From a virus: a DNA stretch of 64,000 nt. The stretch lies in IMG/VR virus record IMGVR_UViG_3300047551_001325, positions 1-64,000 of that record; one strand, written 5' to 3'. The notes beneath the pieces are model-generated. The model was not told the origin of the DNA. It searched no databases and saw nothing but the letters and a program-made list of their open reading frames with translations. Of this stretch, positions 18,001-27,238 are shown piece after piece; the first letter of the stretch is position 1, and the number at the start of each line of letters is the position of its first letter. The translations under genes were made by a program, and so were the position numbers.

Positions 18001-18185
18001 TATCAATGCTTGAATACAAACCCAACATTTCAGACAGTATGACTGAGGACGAAAAGGTTGAAGCAGCTACTAACCTTGCATCGTACATTCCGTATTACTG
18101 GAAAGAATCGCATTTGATTGCAATTCTTGCATCCGCAGTAAAGTCACTAGATGCTAGACTAGCAGTTCTAGAATCAACCCAATAA
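15093..18185 (+). CDS. long tail fibre with C-terminal intramolecular chaperone (peptidase S74-like)
   Basis: TSTRELKENI...LRPRTFTWK...GFIVEE...AVKSLDARLAVLE. Confidence 0.8.
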   Translation: MANFLKSLFVKGVEIDTAGASTGNVLSYNGTKFAPAAPGSGSLALDDLSDVVVTSPEEFQGLSYNGVSWVNSHIPLVSYVRNAEATTITTGTCVYLYGATGDHASVKRADNTSDTTSSKTIGVAGAGITASNNGPIVTRGYVDGIDLSTGYTAGDILWLGTNGSFTKTKPTSPAHLVFIGVVVRATNNGIIYVATQNGYELDELHNVSAGSPSAGDFLKYNGSLWVNDAIDLGTDTTGSYVASLVAGTGISLANNSGEGATPTITNTGVTSINTTLTGAVTGVVTTSDTGTVTSAMIADGTIVNADVSTSAAIAHSKLANATAGQVLLGTTTTGVVTATTLSGDVTINGAGVTAIGSGVIVNADVNASAAIALSKLASGTAGQVVVANASGVPTYTTISGDITVSSTGVATIAANSVILGTDTTGNYMSDISGTSPVSVSHTPAEGSSATVSLATAYGDTQNPYGSKTANYFLASPDGSASNPSFRAMVNADIPSALTSKTYNGLTVTSTTGTFTLTNTKTLSVTNTLTLSGTDSTTMTFPATSSTVMTLATPGTLTGTLTLRAGTATAGTAPMYLQSGTNLTTAAAGALEFDGTNLYFTPSTSRKTVAFTDSNITGTAANITASSNTSITSLSNLATVGTITSGTWSGSFGAVSGANLTSLNASNLGSGTVPSARISGSYSGITSVGTLSGLAVAGNISSQSVTNGDIIQISPVMAGTTGRALILTNVALTATTRTITFPNADGTVITTGNLTGITAVGTLSSLTVDGISSTSITLGDWSGNGAYSSIGGVSGYLLFGSTGDSNIYLRSNNNNNVYIGANDQNTLHVTSSQTLIATGSATTPTLAIQGDTNTGLYSGLADWLNVTCGGTGMATFTTSGPFFGTNTTTSTVTWRVDTFNRLGTPTSTRELKENIEDLAGEQALSIVRALRPRTFTWKPQPDDGEFLSSLKQGAVQAGFIVEEIEETTLPLSMLEYKPNISDSMTEDEKVEAATNLASYIPYYWKESHLIAILASAVKSLDARLAVLESTQ

Positions 18186-18195
18186 GGAGATAATT

Positions 18196-18348
18196 ATGTC
18201 CGATGTACAAGTAGACGTCAATGTTGTTATTGAGTCACTAGCAACTCAGGTTGCTCAGCAAGCCCAGCGTATTGCCATACTAGAGGCTACAATTAATGCT
18301 ATCCAAAAGGCCAAACAGGAGGTCGGTAATGCTGACAAAGCAGAATAA
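18196..18348 (+). CDS. 50-aa coiled-coil protein, not in ORF track
   Basis: AAGGAG RBS; MSDVQVDVNVVIESLATQVAQQAQRIAILEATI... Confidence 0.65.
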   Translation: MSDVQVDVNVVIESLATQVAQQAQRIAILEATINAIQKAKQEVGNADKAE

Positions 18349-18517
18349 AGCCCTAATCGCATCTTATGCTCGTAGCGTTCTAGGAGCTGGCGTAGCCACA
18401 TTTAGTGCTACCCAGGACTGGAAGCTAACCCTTAACGCCCTGTGGGCCGCAGCCATTCCTGTGGTCATGCGCTTCCTCAACCCCAAGGACACCGCTTTTG
18501 GTAAGGGGTCCGAGTGA
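18329..18517 (+). CDS. holin
   Basis: ASYARS...WAAAIPVVMRFLNPKDTAFG; immediately precedes the endolysin. Confidence 0.7.
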   Translation: MLTKQNKALIASYARSVLGAGVATFSATQDWKLTLNALWAAAIPVVMRFLNPKDTAFGKGSE

Positions 18518-19329
18518 ACTACCCATACATTAAGTTAGTTCTACCCTCAGCCCTAGCAAACCACAAGAACGGACAGCTCCCCCAAGAACTGCTAGCCAAA
18601 GTCAAAACCGGTGGCTTGATGTACAAGCCTGCCGCTGAGCAGTTCGACAAGATGTACGATGCAGCACTAGCTGCTGGTCACAAGCTTAAGAACGTCGGTG
18701 ACTACCGCTCGTTCCAGGGCCAGTTGAACATGTTCATGGACCGCTACGAAACGTCAGACACGGGCCGCGTACCCCAGGTTACCCGTCAGTACGAGGGTAA
18801 GACTTGGTACCTCAAGAAGGGCAAGGCTCCTAGCGCTGCCCCAGACCCCACCGGCAAGAAGGGCTCTAACCATGGTTGGGGCCTTGCTATTGACCTTGGT
18901 TACGAGGCCGGTGGAAAGCTTCAGTCAATGGGTGGAGCTTGCTTCGAGTGGATGTGCGCCAACGCTCCTAAGTGGGGTTTCTACCTTCAGACTGGTGACA
19001 AGAACTCCAAGGAGTTCGAGTCGTGGCACTGGCAATACTGCCTCGGTGATAAGGCCCCAGACGGCACTGTAGCGGCTCCTGTGGAGGCACTCAAGCCCTC
19101 AGGTGGCTCGCCAGAGGCTGGCCCAATGAAGTTTGATTACCCAGGCACCCCAGTACAGCGTGGCTCTAAGGGACCAGCTGCTGCCCTGGTTCAGGCAATC
19201 ATTGGGGCTACCGCAGACGGTGACTTTGGCCCACGCTCAGAACAAGCCCTCAAGGCTTGGCAAACCGCTAATGGGCTCAAAGCAGATGGCATCGTTGGTC
19301 CTGTAACATGGAAGAAAATGTTTGGCTGA
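18514..19329 (+). CDS. endolysin: M15/VanY-like Zn peptidase plus peptidoglycan-binding domain
   Basis: YRS..Q, SNHGWGLAID, ESWHW; DGDFGP..ALKAWQ..NGLKADGIVGPVTW. Confidence 0.88.
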   Translation: MNYPYIKLVLPSALANHKNGQLPQELLAKVKTGGLMYKPAAEQFDKMYDAALAAGHKLKNVGDYRSFQGQLNMFMDRYETSDTGRVPQVTRQYEGKTWYLKKGKAPSAAPDPTGKKGSNHGWGLAIDLGYEAGGKLQSMGGACFEWMCANAPKWGFYLQTGDKNSKEFESWHWQYCLGDKAPDGTVAAPVEALKPSGGSPEAGPMKFDYPGTPVQRGSKGPAAALVQAIIGATADGDFGPRSEQALKAWQTANGLKADGIVGPVTWKKMFG

Positions 19330-19341
19330 TAGGAGCCGTAA

Positions 19342-20292
19342 ATGGCAGTTAGAATACAGATGCGTCGTGGTACCACGGCACAGTGGGCTGCAGCAGCAGG
19401 TACAGCTAACGCTGTACTAGCAGCAGGTGAAATAGGCGTAGACACCACAAGTAAACAACTTAAAGTTGGTGATGGTACAACTACTTGGGCTTCTTTACCT
19501 TTCTTTAACTCTGGTACCATCACTGGAGTTGTAGCTGGTACTGGTCTAACTGGAGGTGGAACCTCAGGATCGGTAACACTTACCGTTTCTACGTCAGGCT
19601 CAACTGGGTTAGTTACACGTGGAACATTAACAACTAAAGGCGACATCCTGGTTGCCACAGCTGCAAGTACACCCACCAGATTGGGTGTTGGTACAAATGG
19701 TCAAATGCTGGCAGCTGATTCTAGTCAAACTACGGGCCTTACTTGGGTTAACGGTGCTACAATCGCCGGAACAGAAACATTAACAAATAAAACACTAACC
19801 AGCCCCACCATAAACAATGGGACTATATCCACAGCTACCGTTACCAACCCAACAGTTAGTACTGGTACGTTTACATCACCATCTTTAGTTACACCAGTGT
19901 TTACCTCCCCCATAGAAGTATGGAACGTTGTAGGATCAGCTCCATCAGCTGCTCAAGATATCAACGTAAAGACTTCTACAGCATGGTTGTACACCAGTAA
20001 CGCAACTGCAAACACTGTTTTAAACATACGTGGGGATGGTTTAACAACCTTAAACTCCATGCTTTCTAACAACCAAAGCATTACGGTTGCTGTTGGTGTA
20101 ACAAATGGTACAACTCCTTATTACCCAACTTCTTTAAAAATTGACGGCACAACCATCACTGCAGTTAAATGGCAGGGTGGAACCTCTCCAACGACCGGAA
20201 ACGCAAGCAGTATAGACGTGTATGCTTATACAATAGTAAAAACTGCTACTAACACATATACGGTGCTTGCCTCACAAACTAAGTTTGCGTAA
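19342..20292 (+). CDS. minor tail protein with Mtd-N-like N-terminus
   Basis: IQMRRGT.AQW...LAAGEIGVDT...LKVGDG.T.W.SL. Confidence 0.75.
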   Translation: MAVRIQMRRGTTAQWAAAAGTANAVLAAGEIGVDTTSKQLKVGDGTTTWASLPFFNSGTITGVVAGTGLTGGGTSGSVTLTVSTSGSTGLVTRGTLTTKGDILVATAASTPTRLGVGTNGQMLAADSSQTTGLTWVNGATIAGTETLTNKTLTSPTINNGTISTATVTNPTVSTGTFTSPSLVTPVFTSPIEVWNVVGSAPSAAQDINVKTSTAWLYTSNATANTVLNIRGDGLTTLNSMLSNNQSITVAVGVTNGTTPYYPTSLKIDGTTITAVKWQGGTSPTTGNASSIDVYAYTIVKTATNTYTVLASQTKFA

Positions 20293-21788
20293 TGCCCTTA
20301 ATATCTACGTTTTCCTCTGGGTCATCTCGTTCCCTTGGTTTGGGTAGTGGTATTAGACCTGGCGCTCCAACTATAACCAGTGTTGATTATCTTAATGGTA
20401 CTACTGGGGGGCGTTTATCAGTCTCTTTTACGGAGGGAACAACAGGTACTACAGTTACAACTGATTACCAGTACTCAACTGATAATGGTGTAACGTGGGC
20501 AACCCGTTCTGGTACTGCATCACCAGTAGTAATTACTGGTCTAACAAACGGCACAAACTACACTATAAGACTACGGGCTGTAAACTCAATTGGCCCATCA
20601 AACCAATCCAACTCAATAGTTGGACGTCCAGTGGCTCTACCAGGAGCGCCAACTGTCGCTGTTACCACACACGCAACCGACCTTGGTAAGATAAACGTAG
20701 CTGTAACAGCCGGAACAGCAGGAACAGACAACTTAAATGGTTCTACACCATATGAGTACAGTCTTAATTCAGGGTCTACCTGGACTGGTGTGTCTTCAGC
20801 TAACTTCACTATAAGTGGATTAGCTAATGAAACTTCTTATACTGTTACTGTCAGGGCAATAACCACAAACAACGACCGATCTACTAGTGGTAGTGGTAGT
20901 GGTTCTACAATGGCAATTGCTCCAGTTATACCAACACCCACTAGCTCAATTAGCGGAACAACTGTAACGGTTTCCTGGGGTGCTATAACAGATGCTAATA
21001 GTGGTGTTGCATCGGCAACTCTTTATGAGTTATTTATTGGAAGCAGTAGTGGTTATGTTTCTGGATCAAGTTATTCAATACCCTCTAACCAATGGTCTGG
21101 TGGGTCTACTACATTTACAACACCGTCTAATAGAAGAACCACGCCTAGTGGTGAAAGTTGGTTAGTTACTTATTACATAATAGCTACTGACAATGTTGGG
21201 AAATCTGGACAAGGTAGTACAGCCACTAATAAGTGGACTAAACCACTTGGTACATTTTATATTACTACTTCCAGCCACGGTACATACGGATCAACAGGTG
21301 GTTGGCGTAGTGACCTAGCTAATATTGGAAGCATATTTGTTGGTTGGATTGGTAATACGTATGCATACCAATATGGACACTGGTTTTATGGATCAAATGT
21401 CTATAACACAGCAAAAGGTTTTGTACCAGACAGTGCAACAATTAGAACATATAGAAGCAGTGCTGATGGATGTACTGGCGCAACAGTAGCTTTTGCTACG
21501 CATAACTACGCTTCTCAACCTTCTGGTGCTCCAGCAAATGACATTACATATTACTCTGTAGGTACAGAACAATCTCAAGGTAATGCTAGAGAGTTTGATT
21601 TAAGCGCTGCAACGCGCGGTCGCATGGCGGTTGATTCAAACTTTGGTATGTTTATGTACCCAGGTAACTCTAATGGAACCATAAATGGAACAGCAGCTAC
21701 AAACTGTGCCGGCGGCACTACTTACAGAATCTTTGATTCACCATTTTCGGATGTAAACTCAGGTCGTTTAACACTTGTCTACAACTAA
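20292..21788 (+). CDS. fibronectin-III domain tail/receptor-binding protein
   Basis: PGAPT...YQYS.DNG.TW...ITGLTNGTNYTIRLRAVN repeats. Confidence 0.75.
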   Translation: MPLISTFSSGSSRSLGLGSGIRPGAPTITSVDYLNGTTGGRLSVSFTEGTTGTTVTTDYQYSTDNGVTWATRSGTASPVVITGLTNGTNYTIRLRAVNSIGPSNQSNSIVGRPVALPGAPTVAVTTHATDLGKINVAVTAGTAGTDNLNGSTPYEYSLNSGSTWTGVSSANFTISGLANETSYTVTVRAITTNNDRSTSGSGSGSTMAIAPVIPTPTSSISGTTVTVSWGAITDANSGVASATLYELFIGSSSGYVSGSSYSIPSNQWSGGSTTFTTPSNRRTTPSGESWLVTYYIIATDNVGKSGQGSTATNKWTKPLGTFYITTSSHGTYGSTGGWRSDLANIGSIFVGWIGNTYAYQYGHWFYGSNVYNTAKGFVPDSATIRTYRSSADGCTGATVAFATHNYASQPSGAPANDITYYSVGTEQSQGNAREFDLSAATRGRMAVDSNFGMFMYPGNSNGTINGTAATNCAGGTTYRIFDSPFSDVNSGRLTLVYN

Positions 21789-21798
21789 GGAGTAGTTT

Positions 21799-22479
21799 AT
21801 GGCTAATGAGCCCATGGACCCAGAAACTCGTAAAAAATTAGCTGCTCTAAAAAAACGTAGAGGTTTAGGCAGAAGTTTAGGAGAAATCTTAGAGGAACAA
21901 GAACCATCAGAAGTTCTTGGAAAAACTTTATTTGCTGATACTTCATCTGATTTTGACACTTTGTGTGAGTCACTAGCTAATAGTATTACTACAGAATTAT
22001 CTGATGAAACTCTTGAGTTTGGCCAAGCTGAGGAATATGGAGAAGGTACTTCTTTAATGAGTACAAGAGTTAAAAGCATCAGATTCTTACCTTATTTTGA
22101 AAAAGTAACATGCGAAGATATAAAAAAGCTTGATAATGCTGAAGAACTTGTACAAAAAAAAGATATACCAATGATCGTTCAACAGCTTGGATTAACGGGA
22201 ATCCTAGAAGTGGTATTTTGGAAATGGGGATCAATTGGGCACTACGGACCAAGTGGTAACTTTCCATACTCAGAATTCTATTTATGTAAATTACAAAAAG
22301 TAGCTTCTGTTGGTAGTAAAGTGCTGGATTGGGAGCGAGACTATGGCTATAGTCAAATTAGCAAGGGTCAACCCCCTGAAGGGCATGAAGAGCGAAAACT
22401 TATAAGAAAAAGTCGAGATTCGTTTGCAGATGAAGCTGCTCAATTTGGTGTAAACATCAGAAGTAGAAGTAGAAAATAA
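21799..22479 (+). CDS. hypothetical protein, possible KTSC-like domain
   Basis: STRVKSIRF...LEVVF...YG...SVGS pattern. Confidence 0.55.
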   Translation: MANEPMDPETRKKLAALKKRRGLGRSLGEILEEQEPSEVLGKTLFADTSSDFDTLCESLANSITTELSDETLEFGQAEEYGEGTSLMSTRVKSIRFLPYFEKVTCEDIKKLDNAEELVQKKDIPMIVQQLGLTGILEVVFWKWGSIGHYGPSGNFPYSEFYLCKLQKVASVGSKVLDWERDYGYSQISKGQPPEGHEERKLIRKSRDSFADEAAQFGVNIRSRSRK

Positions 22480-22498
22480 CAAAGAAAGAGCACATATT

Positions 22499-22828
22499 TT
22501 GATAGTTTTACTTAGTTTAATAATAATAAGCTTATGTTTGTATTTACTGTTTAGAAACACTTTAAACAGGCTTCAGTATATAGGGCCTGTTTATTGGATA
22601 ACACGTGATAACACACCAAAAGGAACCCCATTGTTATCTATTGGTTTTATGAGACAAACAAGTTTTCCTTGGAAAATTGGAAAAGGTATACAAGTAAGCT
22701 TACATAATTATTCTTTTCAACTTGGTATTTGTAAAAAATCAAACCATTCCGATGAAACAGAAGGTATCCTGGGGGCCCTAGGTGGTAGGTACTTAGATAC
22801 GTCAACAAAAGATATACGGGAGTGGTAA
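22499..22828 (+). CDS. hypothetical protein
   Basis: ORF track. Confidence 0.55.
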   Translation: MIVLLSLIIISLCLYLLFRNTLNRLQYIGPVYWITRDNTPKGTPLLSIGFMRQTSFPWKIGKGIQVSLHNYSFQLGICKKSNHSDETEGILGALGGRYLDTSTKDIREW

Positions 22829-23064
22829 TGTTTTTTAAAAAAGAACAACAAACAAAAACTGTTAAAAAACTTCCTAGGATTGAAAAAATGGATACACCAT
22901 CCATTATTAACTGGATGGATTTGACCATAATGAATCTTGGTCAAACTTTTGATAATTGGCGATACAAAGATCTCCCAGAGGAGGAAGTATCTCAACATTT
23001 GGAGATTGTAAACGGACTTTGGGAAGAACTTTTGAGTAGAAAATCAAATTTGAACAACAAGTAG
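22828..23064 (+). CDS. hypothetical protein
   Basis: ORF coupled to the previous stop. Confidence 0.6.
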   Translation: MFFKKEQQTKTVKKLPRIEKMDTPSIINWMDLTIMNLGQTFDNWRYKDLPEEEVSQHLEIVNGLWEELLSRKSNLNNK

Positions 23065-23093
23065 TGTATTATTAATCGCATAGGAGATAACTA

Positions 23094-23393
23094 ATGGTAA
23101 ATCTAAATAAACGAGACAAAGAAAACCCTCATCCAAATAGAAAAGCCTTGTTAAGAGGGAACGGAAGAGATCGTGAGTACCTACACGAGTTGGTCAAAAG
23201 TATTAACCATCTTGGGTACGAATTTGGTTCTGTGTCACAAATAGTCTCTGGTGAACCCGAGGATTACGGTTACCTAGTTAGCTTGCCAGATTTGTTCTAT
23301 TTAATTGACAGAATTGCAGAATCTATCGGCATGCCAAAAAAGCCTCTAGACATCCCCAATCAGGGAATACTTTTTACTGACGAAGAAGTATAA
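23094..23393 (+). CDS. hypothetical protein
   Basis: AGGAG RBS. Confidence 0.6.
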   Translation: MVNLNKRDKENPHPNRKALLRGNGRDREYLHELVKSINHLGYEFGSVSQIVSGEPEDYGYLVSLPDLFYLIDRIAESIGMPKKPLDIPNQGILFTDEEV

Positions 23394-23400
23394 TTAAGTA

Positions 23401-24960
23401 ATGCAACAAGTAGCAGAAGAAGGTTCAATACCTGAAGATATTGAAGCTCTAGAGCTTGACGAAACTTCTCAGGAGTTTATTGATCAGTTAGTTATGAAAC
23501 TTATACTCTTTACCGAAGAGTTCTGTAACGTAACTTTTTTCCCGTATCAAATACCTATTGCTTATCGGATGATTGAATCAATAGTAATTGGTGATGGTGA
23601 AGAAATAACACTTGTAGCTACCCGTCAGTCTGGAAAGTCCGAAGTTTTGTCAAACGTTTTGGCATCGATGATGGTGATTCTTCCTAAGCTTTCAAAGGTG
23701 TACCCAACATGGTTGGGTAAGTTTGAAAAAGGCTTTTGGTGTGGAGTTTTTGCCCCGGTTGAAGACCAAGCCGACACTGTGTTTAGTCGTATAGTAAGCA
23801 AGCTTACTAGTGATCATGCAATGGACTTTTTACTTGACCCTGAGATTGACGATAAGGCTACCTCTGGTGGGTCCCGAGGTAAAGGCAGGATCATAAGCCT
23901 TAAGCATTCAGGCTCTCTTTGCCGTATGCAAACTTGTAACCCAAAAGCCAAAATTGAGTCTAAAACATACCATTTTGTGCTTGTGGACGAAGCTCAGGAA
24001 GCTGACGAGTTTATGATTACCAAATCAATTAAACCCATGTTGGCATTCAATAACGGAAGCATTGCATTAACAGGCACAGCTACCAGGAATAAATCTTATT
24101 TTTATAAGATGATTCAATTTAATAAACGCCGCGATGTTAACTCTCGTCGTAACCACAGACAATGCCATTTTGAATACGATTGGAAAACGGCAGCAAAATA
24201 CAACGAAAACTACGCAAAATTCATCTCTAAAGAAAAGATAAGAATCGGAGAAGATTCAGACGAGTTTCAAATGTCTTACTGTAACAAATGGATTCTAGAA
24301 AAAGGAATGTTTGTTTCAGATGAACGTCTATCACGTATGTACGATCAGTCTATGGGCCTTGTAAAACAGTGGTGGAGAACACCAGTCGTTGTTGGCATTG
24401 ACGTAGCTAGATCAAACGACTCAACTGTTGTGACAGTTTGTTGGGTGGACTGGGACCATCCTGATGGTTTTGGGTTCTACGAACATCGAGTTTTAAATTG
24501 GTTGGAGATCAACAATGAAGAATGGGAATCACAGTATTTTGAGATTATTGATTTTCTTCGTAATTATAATGTTTATAGAATTGGTGTTGATGCCCAGGGT
24601 GTTGGAGGTGCTGTAGCCGAGCGCCTACAAATACTTCTTCCAAAAATAGAAGTGCTAGCAGTAACTTCTGACGCCAAAAACCAAAATGAACGCTGGGTTC
24701 ATTTAACAGAGTTAATACAAAGAGATCAGTTGATTATTCCTGGCCATTCAAAAGCACGACGTACACGATCTTGGAAAAGATTTAATCAACAAATGTCAGA
24801 CCTAGAAAAAGTGTACAGAGGACCATATCTTTTAGCTGCGGCCCCTGAGGAAAAAGGCGCTTTTGATGACTACCCAGACTCCCTAGCCATTGCTTGTTCA
24901 ATGTCTGTTGCAGACACTATGCCGATGGTGACGGTATCCGAGAGCCCATTCTTCAGATAA
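23401..24960 (+). CDS. terL: terminase large subunit
   Basis: Walker A TRQSGKS, Walker B VLVDEAQ, nuclease VGIDVA...DDYPDSLA. Confidence 0.92.
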   Translation: MQQVAEEGSIPEDIEALELDETSQEFIDQLVMKLILFTEEFCNVTFFPYQIPIAYRMIESIVIGDGEEITLVATRQSGKSEVLSNVLASMMVILPKLSKVYPTWLGKFEKGFWCGVFAPVEDQADTVFSRIVSKLTSDHAMDFLLDPEIDDKATSGGSRGKGRIISLKHSGSLCRMQTCNPKAKIESKTYHFVLVDEAQEADEFMITKSIKPMLAFNNGSIALTGTATRNKSYFYKMIQFNKRRDVNSRRNHRQCHFEYDWKTAAKYNENYAKFISKEKIRIGEDSDEFQMSYCNKWILEKGMFVSDERLSRMYDQSMGLVKQWWRTPVVVGIDVARSNDSTVVTVCWVDWDHPDGFGFYEHRVLNWLEINNEEWESQYFEIIDFLRNYNVYRIGVDAQGVGGAVAERLQILLPKIEVLAVTSDAKNQNERWVHLTELIQRDQLIIPGHSKARRTRSWKRFNQQMSDLEKVYRGPYLLAAAPEEKGAFDDYPDSLAIACSMSVADTMPMVTVSESPFFR

Positions 24961-25019
24961 GTCCATTAAAACGTGGTAATCTACATATATACACGTCCAT
25001 TCCAACAGGAGGATAACCT

Positions 25020-25421
25020 ATGGCTGTAGCCCCCGCCCCAATGTTCCCAGAAAAGGGTGACCCACAATTTGAGCTTGCACTTGCTCCAAGCATCCCAATG
25101 AACCGTGGTCCACTCCGCTTTGAGGAAGGCGTAGCAACCGACACCGACGTTCCAATGGACTTTAGCATTGGCGCTTATGAGGACACCGCTCCTTCGCCCA
25201 TGCGGATGAACCACAACAATCCCGAGATGTTTTATAAGTACCCTGAGGAAACCATGCGTGAGCGCGCTCACGTAGGTTCCGCTACCTGGATTGAAGCCCC
25301 TGATCACCTCCGTGAGTTTGTTATGGGTTCAATGTCCGGAGATGGCATGCCCCAGTTTGAGTACTCCTATAACACAGGTGGGCACATGAATCTTCCCAAC
25401 AAGACAGTTGTTTCTGGCTGA
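25020..25421 (+). CDS. hypothetical protein (possibly virion-associated)
   Basis: AGGAGG RBS; C-ending codons like the capsid gene. Confidence 0.7.
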   Translation: MAVAPAPMFPEKGDPQFELALAPSIPMNRGPLRFEEGVATDTDVPMDFSIGAYEDTAPSPMRMNHNNPEMFYKYPEETMRERAHVGSATWIEAPDHLREFVMGSMSGDGMPQFEYSYNTGGHMNLPNKTVVSG

Positions 25422-25460
25422 GATCTGATACAGTAAATGCTCCGTCTAAAAGGAGCATTT

Positions 25461-25622
25461 ATGAACATTCTTCAAATAGCAGCAGCTCTGAAGTACCTTC
25501 AGCGTGTAACAGCTCGTGGAGTTGAAGAAGAGCAGGAACTGTACGCATTAATCCAATCACTTTCAAATGCGTTGCATAATGCAAAACCTGTGTATACTAC
25601 AAGTGGCTCAACCGCCGCATAA
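25461..25622 (+). CDS. small hypothetical protein
   Basis: AAGGAG RBS. Confidence 0.55.
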   Translation: MNILQIAAALKYLQRVTARGVEEEQELYALIQSLSNALHNAKPVYTTSGSTAA

Positions 25623-25661
25623 ACACACTCTTAACTAGAGTGGTATCACAAGGAGTATTAG

Positions 25662-25937
25662 ATGTCAGATTCCAACGGTCTTATAAAAGACTTAATGGAG
25701 CGTCATACGGGCTCTATAAAACAAAAGTGCTCGTACACTCGCATCAAAGAAAGCATGCCCGCTGATGAAGCGGAGGCTGTTGAAAACGCAGAGAAAGCCA
25801 TAAAAACTGATTCTGGCAATGGTAGAGCAAAAATCTATTCATGCACTTGGTTGTCAGAAATCCTAACCAAGAATGGCTATTCAATAAGCGCAAGCACAAT
25901 CTCCCGTCATATGAATGGGCGGTGTGGTTGTGAGTGA
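25662..25937 (+). CDS. small HTH-like protein ending in CxC
   Basis: LSEILTKNGYSISASTISRHMNGRCGC. Confidence 0.6.
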   Translation: MSDSNGLIKDLMERHTGSIKQKCSYTRIKESMPADEAEAVENAEKAIKTDSGNGRAKIYSCTWLSEILTKNGYSISASTISRHMNGRCGCE

Positions 25938-26910
25938 TCTTGTCAAAGCCTTAACAATTGCTCCAGAGTGGCCTGTAGTACAACCAGGGCCGTCTGTGCG
26001 TATGCCAAAGCTTTCTACAAAAGCTTCATCAAGTAAAGATGGCTACGAAACATGTGTTGTTCTTCCAGACATGCAAATTGGTTATTTTAGAGCACGTTCT
26101 GGTGAGCTTGAACCAACACACGATGAGAACGCAATAGACATTGCTTTTTCAATTATCAAAAACTTAAATCCAGACTTAGTTGTGCTTGTCGGAGACAACC
26201 TTGATTTTCCTGAGTTTGGAAAGTACAGATTAAGTAGTGCTTATGCACTAACTACACAAGCATCAATTGACAGAGCAACTGTCCTTTGTGCTCAGTTAAG
26301 AACTGTTGCACCAAACGCTAAAATAGTTTGGTTAGCAGGAAACCACGAAGAAAGATTGGTGAACTTTGTCCTCGACAACGCAAAAGCAGCATTCGGAATC
26401 AAACGTGGGGTCAGCCCTGACTCTTGGCCTGTTCTTTCTATCCCTTATCTCTGTCGCTTCGATGATTATGGGGTGGATTATGTACCGGGCTATCCAGCGG
26501 GACAATTTTGGATCAACCAAAGACTCCGTGTCATCCACGGCACAAAAGTACGCAGTAACGGGTCGACAGCGCATGCGTACCTCAACACTGAAAAGTCCTC
26601 AGTTTTATATGGGCACATCCACCGCCGCGAATGGGCAGAACGCTCACGCGACGATTTCGATGGCCCAAAAACCATCATGGCCGCATCCCCTGGTACGTTG
26701 GCAAGATGTGACGGAACCGTACCATCGACAAAAGGATCTATAGATCTAGATGGTAGACCAATGACTATTGTTGAAGATTGGCAACAAGGTATTGGCATTG
26801 TGACCTACCAACCTGGTGAGGGAAACTTTTTCTACGAACAAATTCCATTCCATAATGGAACAGCATTTTTTAGAGGGAAGTTTTACAATGCACAAACCCA
26901 AAAAGTCTAA
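25930..26910 (+). CDS. calcineurin-like metallophosphoesterase
   Basis: PDMQ, GDNLD, GNHE, HG, GHIH motifs. Confidence 0.85.
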   Translation: MSDLVKALTIAPEWPVVQPGPSVRMPKLSTKASSSKDGYETCVVLPDMQIGYFRARSGELEPTHDENAIDIAFSIIKNLNPDLVVLVGDNLDFPEFGKYRLSSAYALTTQASIDRATVLCAQLRTVAPNAKIVWLAGNHEERLVNFVLDNAKAAFGIKRGVSPDSWPVLSIPYLCRFDDYGVDYVPGYPAGQFWINQRLRVIHGTKVRSNGSTAHAYLNTEKSSVLYGHIHRREWAERSRDDFDGPKTIMAASPGTLARCDGTVPSTKGSIDLDGRPMTIVEDWQQGIGIVTYQPGEGNFFYEQIPFHNGTAFFRGKFYNAQTQKV

Positions 26911-27238
26911 AAACCCTACTACTCCCAAGTTAGCCATTATCACGTGGTTAGACGCATTTGATGGACCAACTGGGTGGGTAGATCCCTTGGATTATAAACC
27001 CCGCCCAGTTCGTCCCATCTCAGTTGGATGGGTAGTAGACGACTTTTTGAAAGACCATATAACGCTGGTCGGTACCTACTTAGTAGATCTCAATGATTCA
27101 CAAAATCCGGTGTACTATAGCAATCCCTCTCATATCCCTTTGGGAATGGTACAATCAATAACATACATTGACGTTCCAAGTTCAATAGAACAACTCATTA
27201 TTAATGATTTAAACACCAGGGGATTTAATGCCGATTGA
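26888..27238 (+). CDS. hypothetical protein
   Basis: ITWLDA...SVGW...IPLGMV. Confidence 0.65.
   Translation: MHKPKKSKNPTTPKLAIITWLDAFDGPTGWVDPLDYKPRPVRPISVGWVVDDFLKDHITLVGTYLVDLNDSQNPVYYSNPSHIPLGMVQSITYIDVPSSIEQLIINDLNTRGFNAD

Noticed and set aside
19342-20292. Diversity-generating retroelement target (Mtd-like N-terminus)
   Set aside because: No reverse transcriptase and no template/variable repeat pair seen in the window
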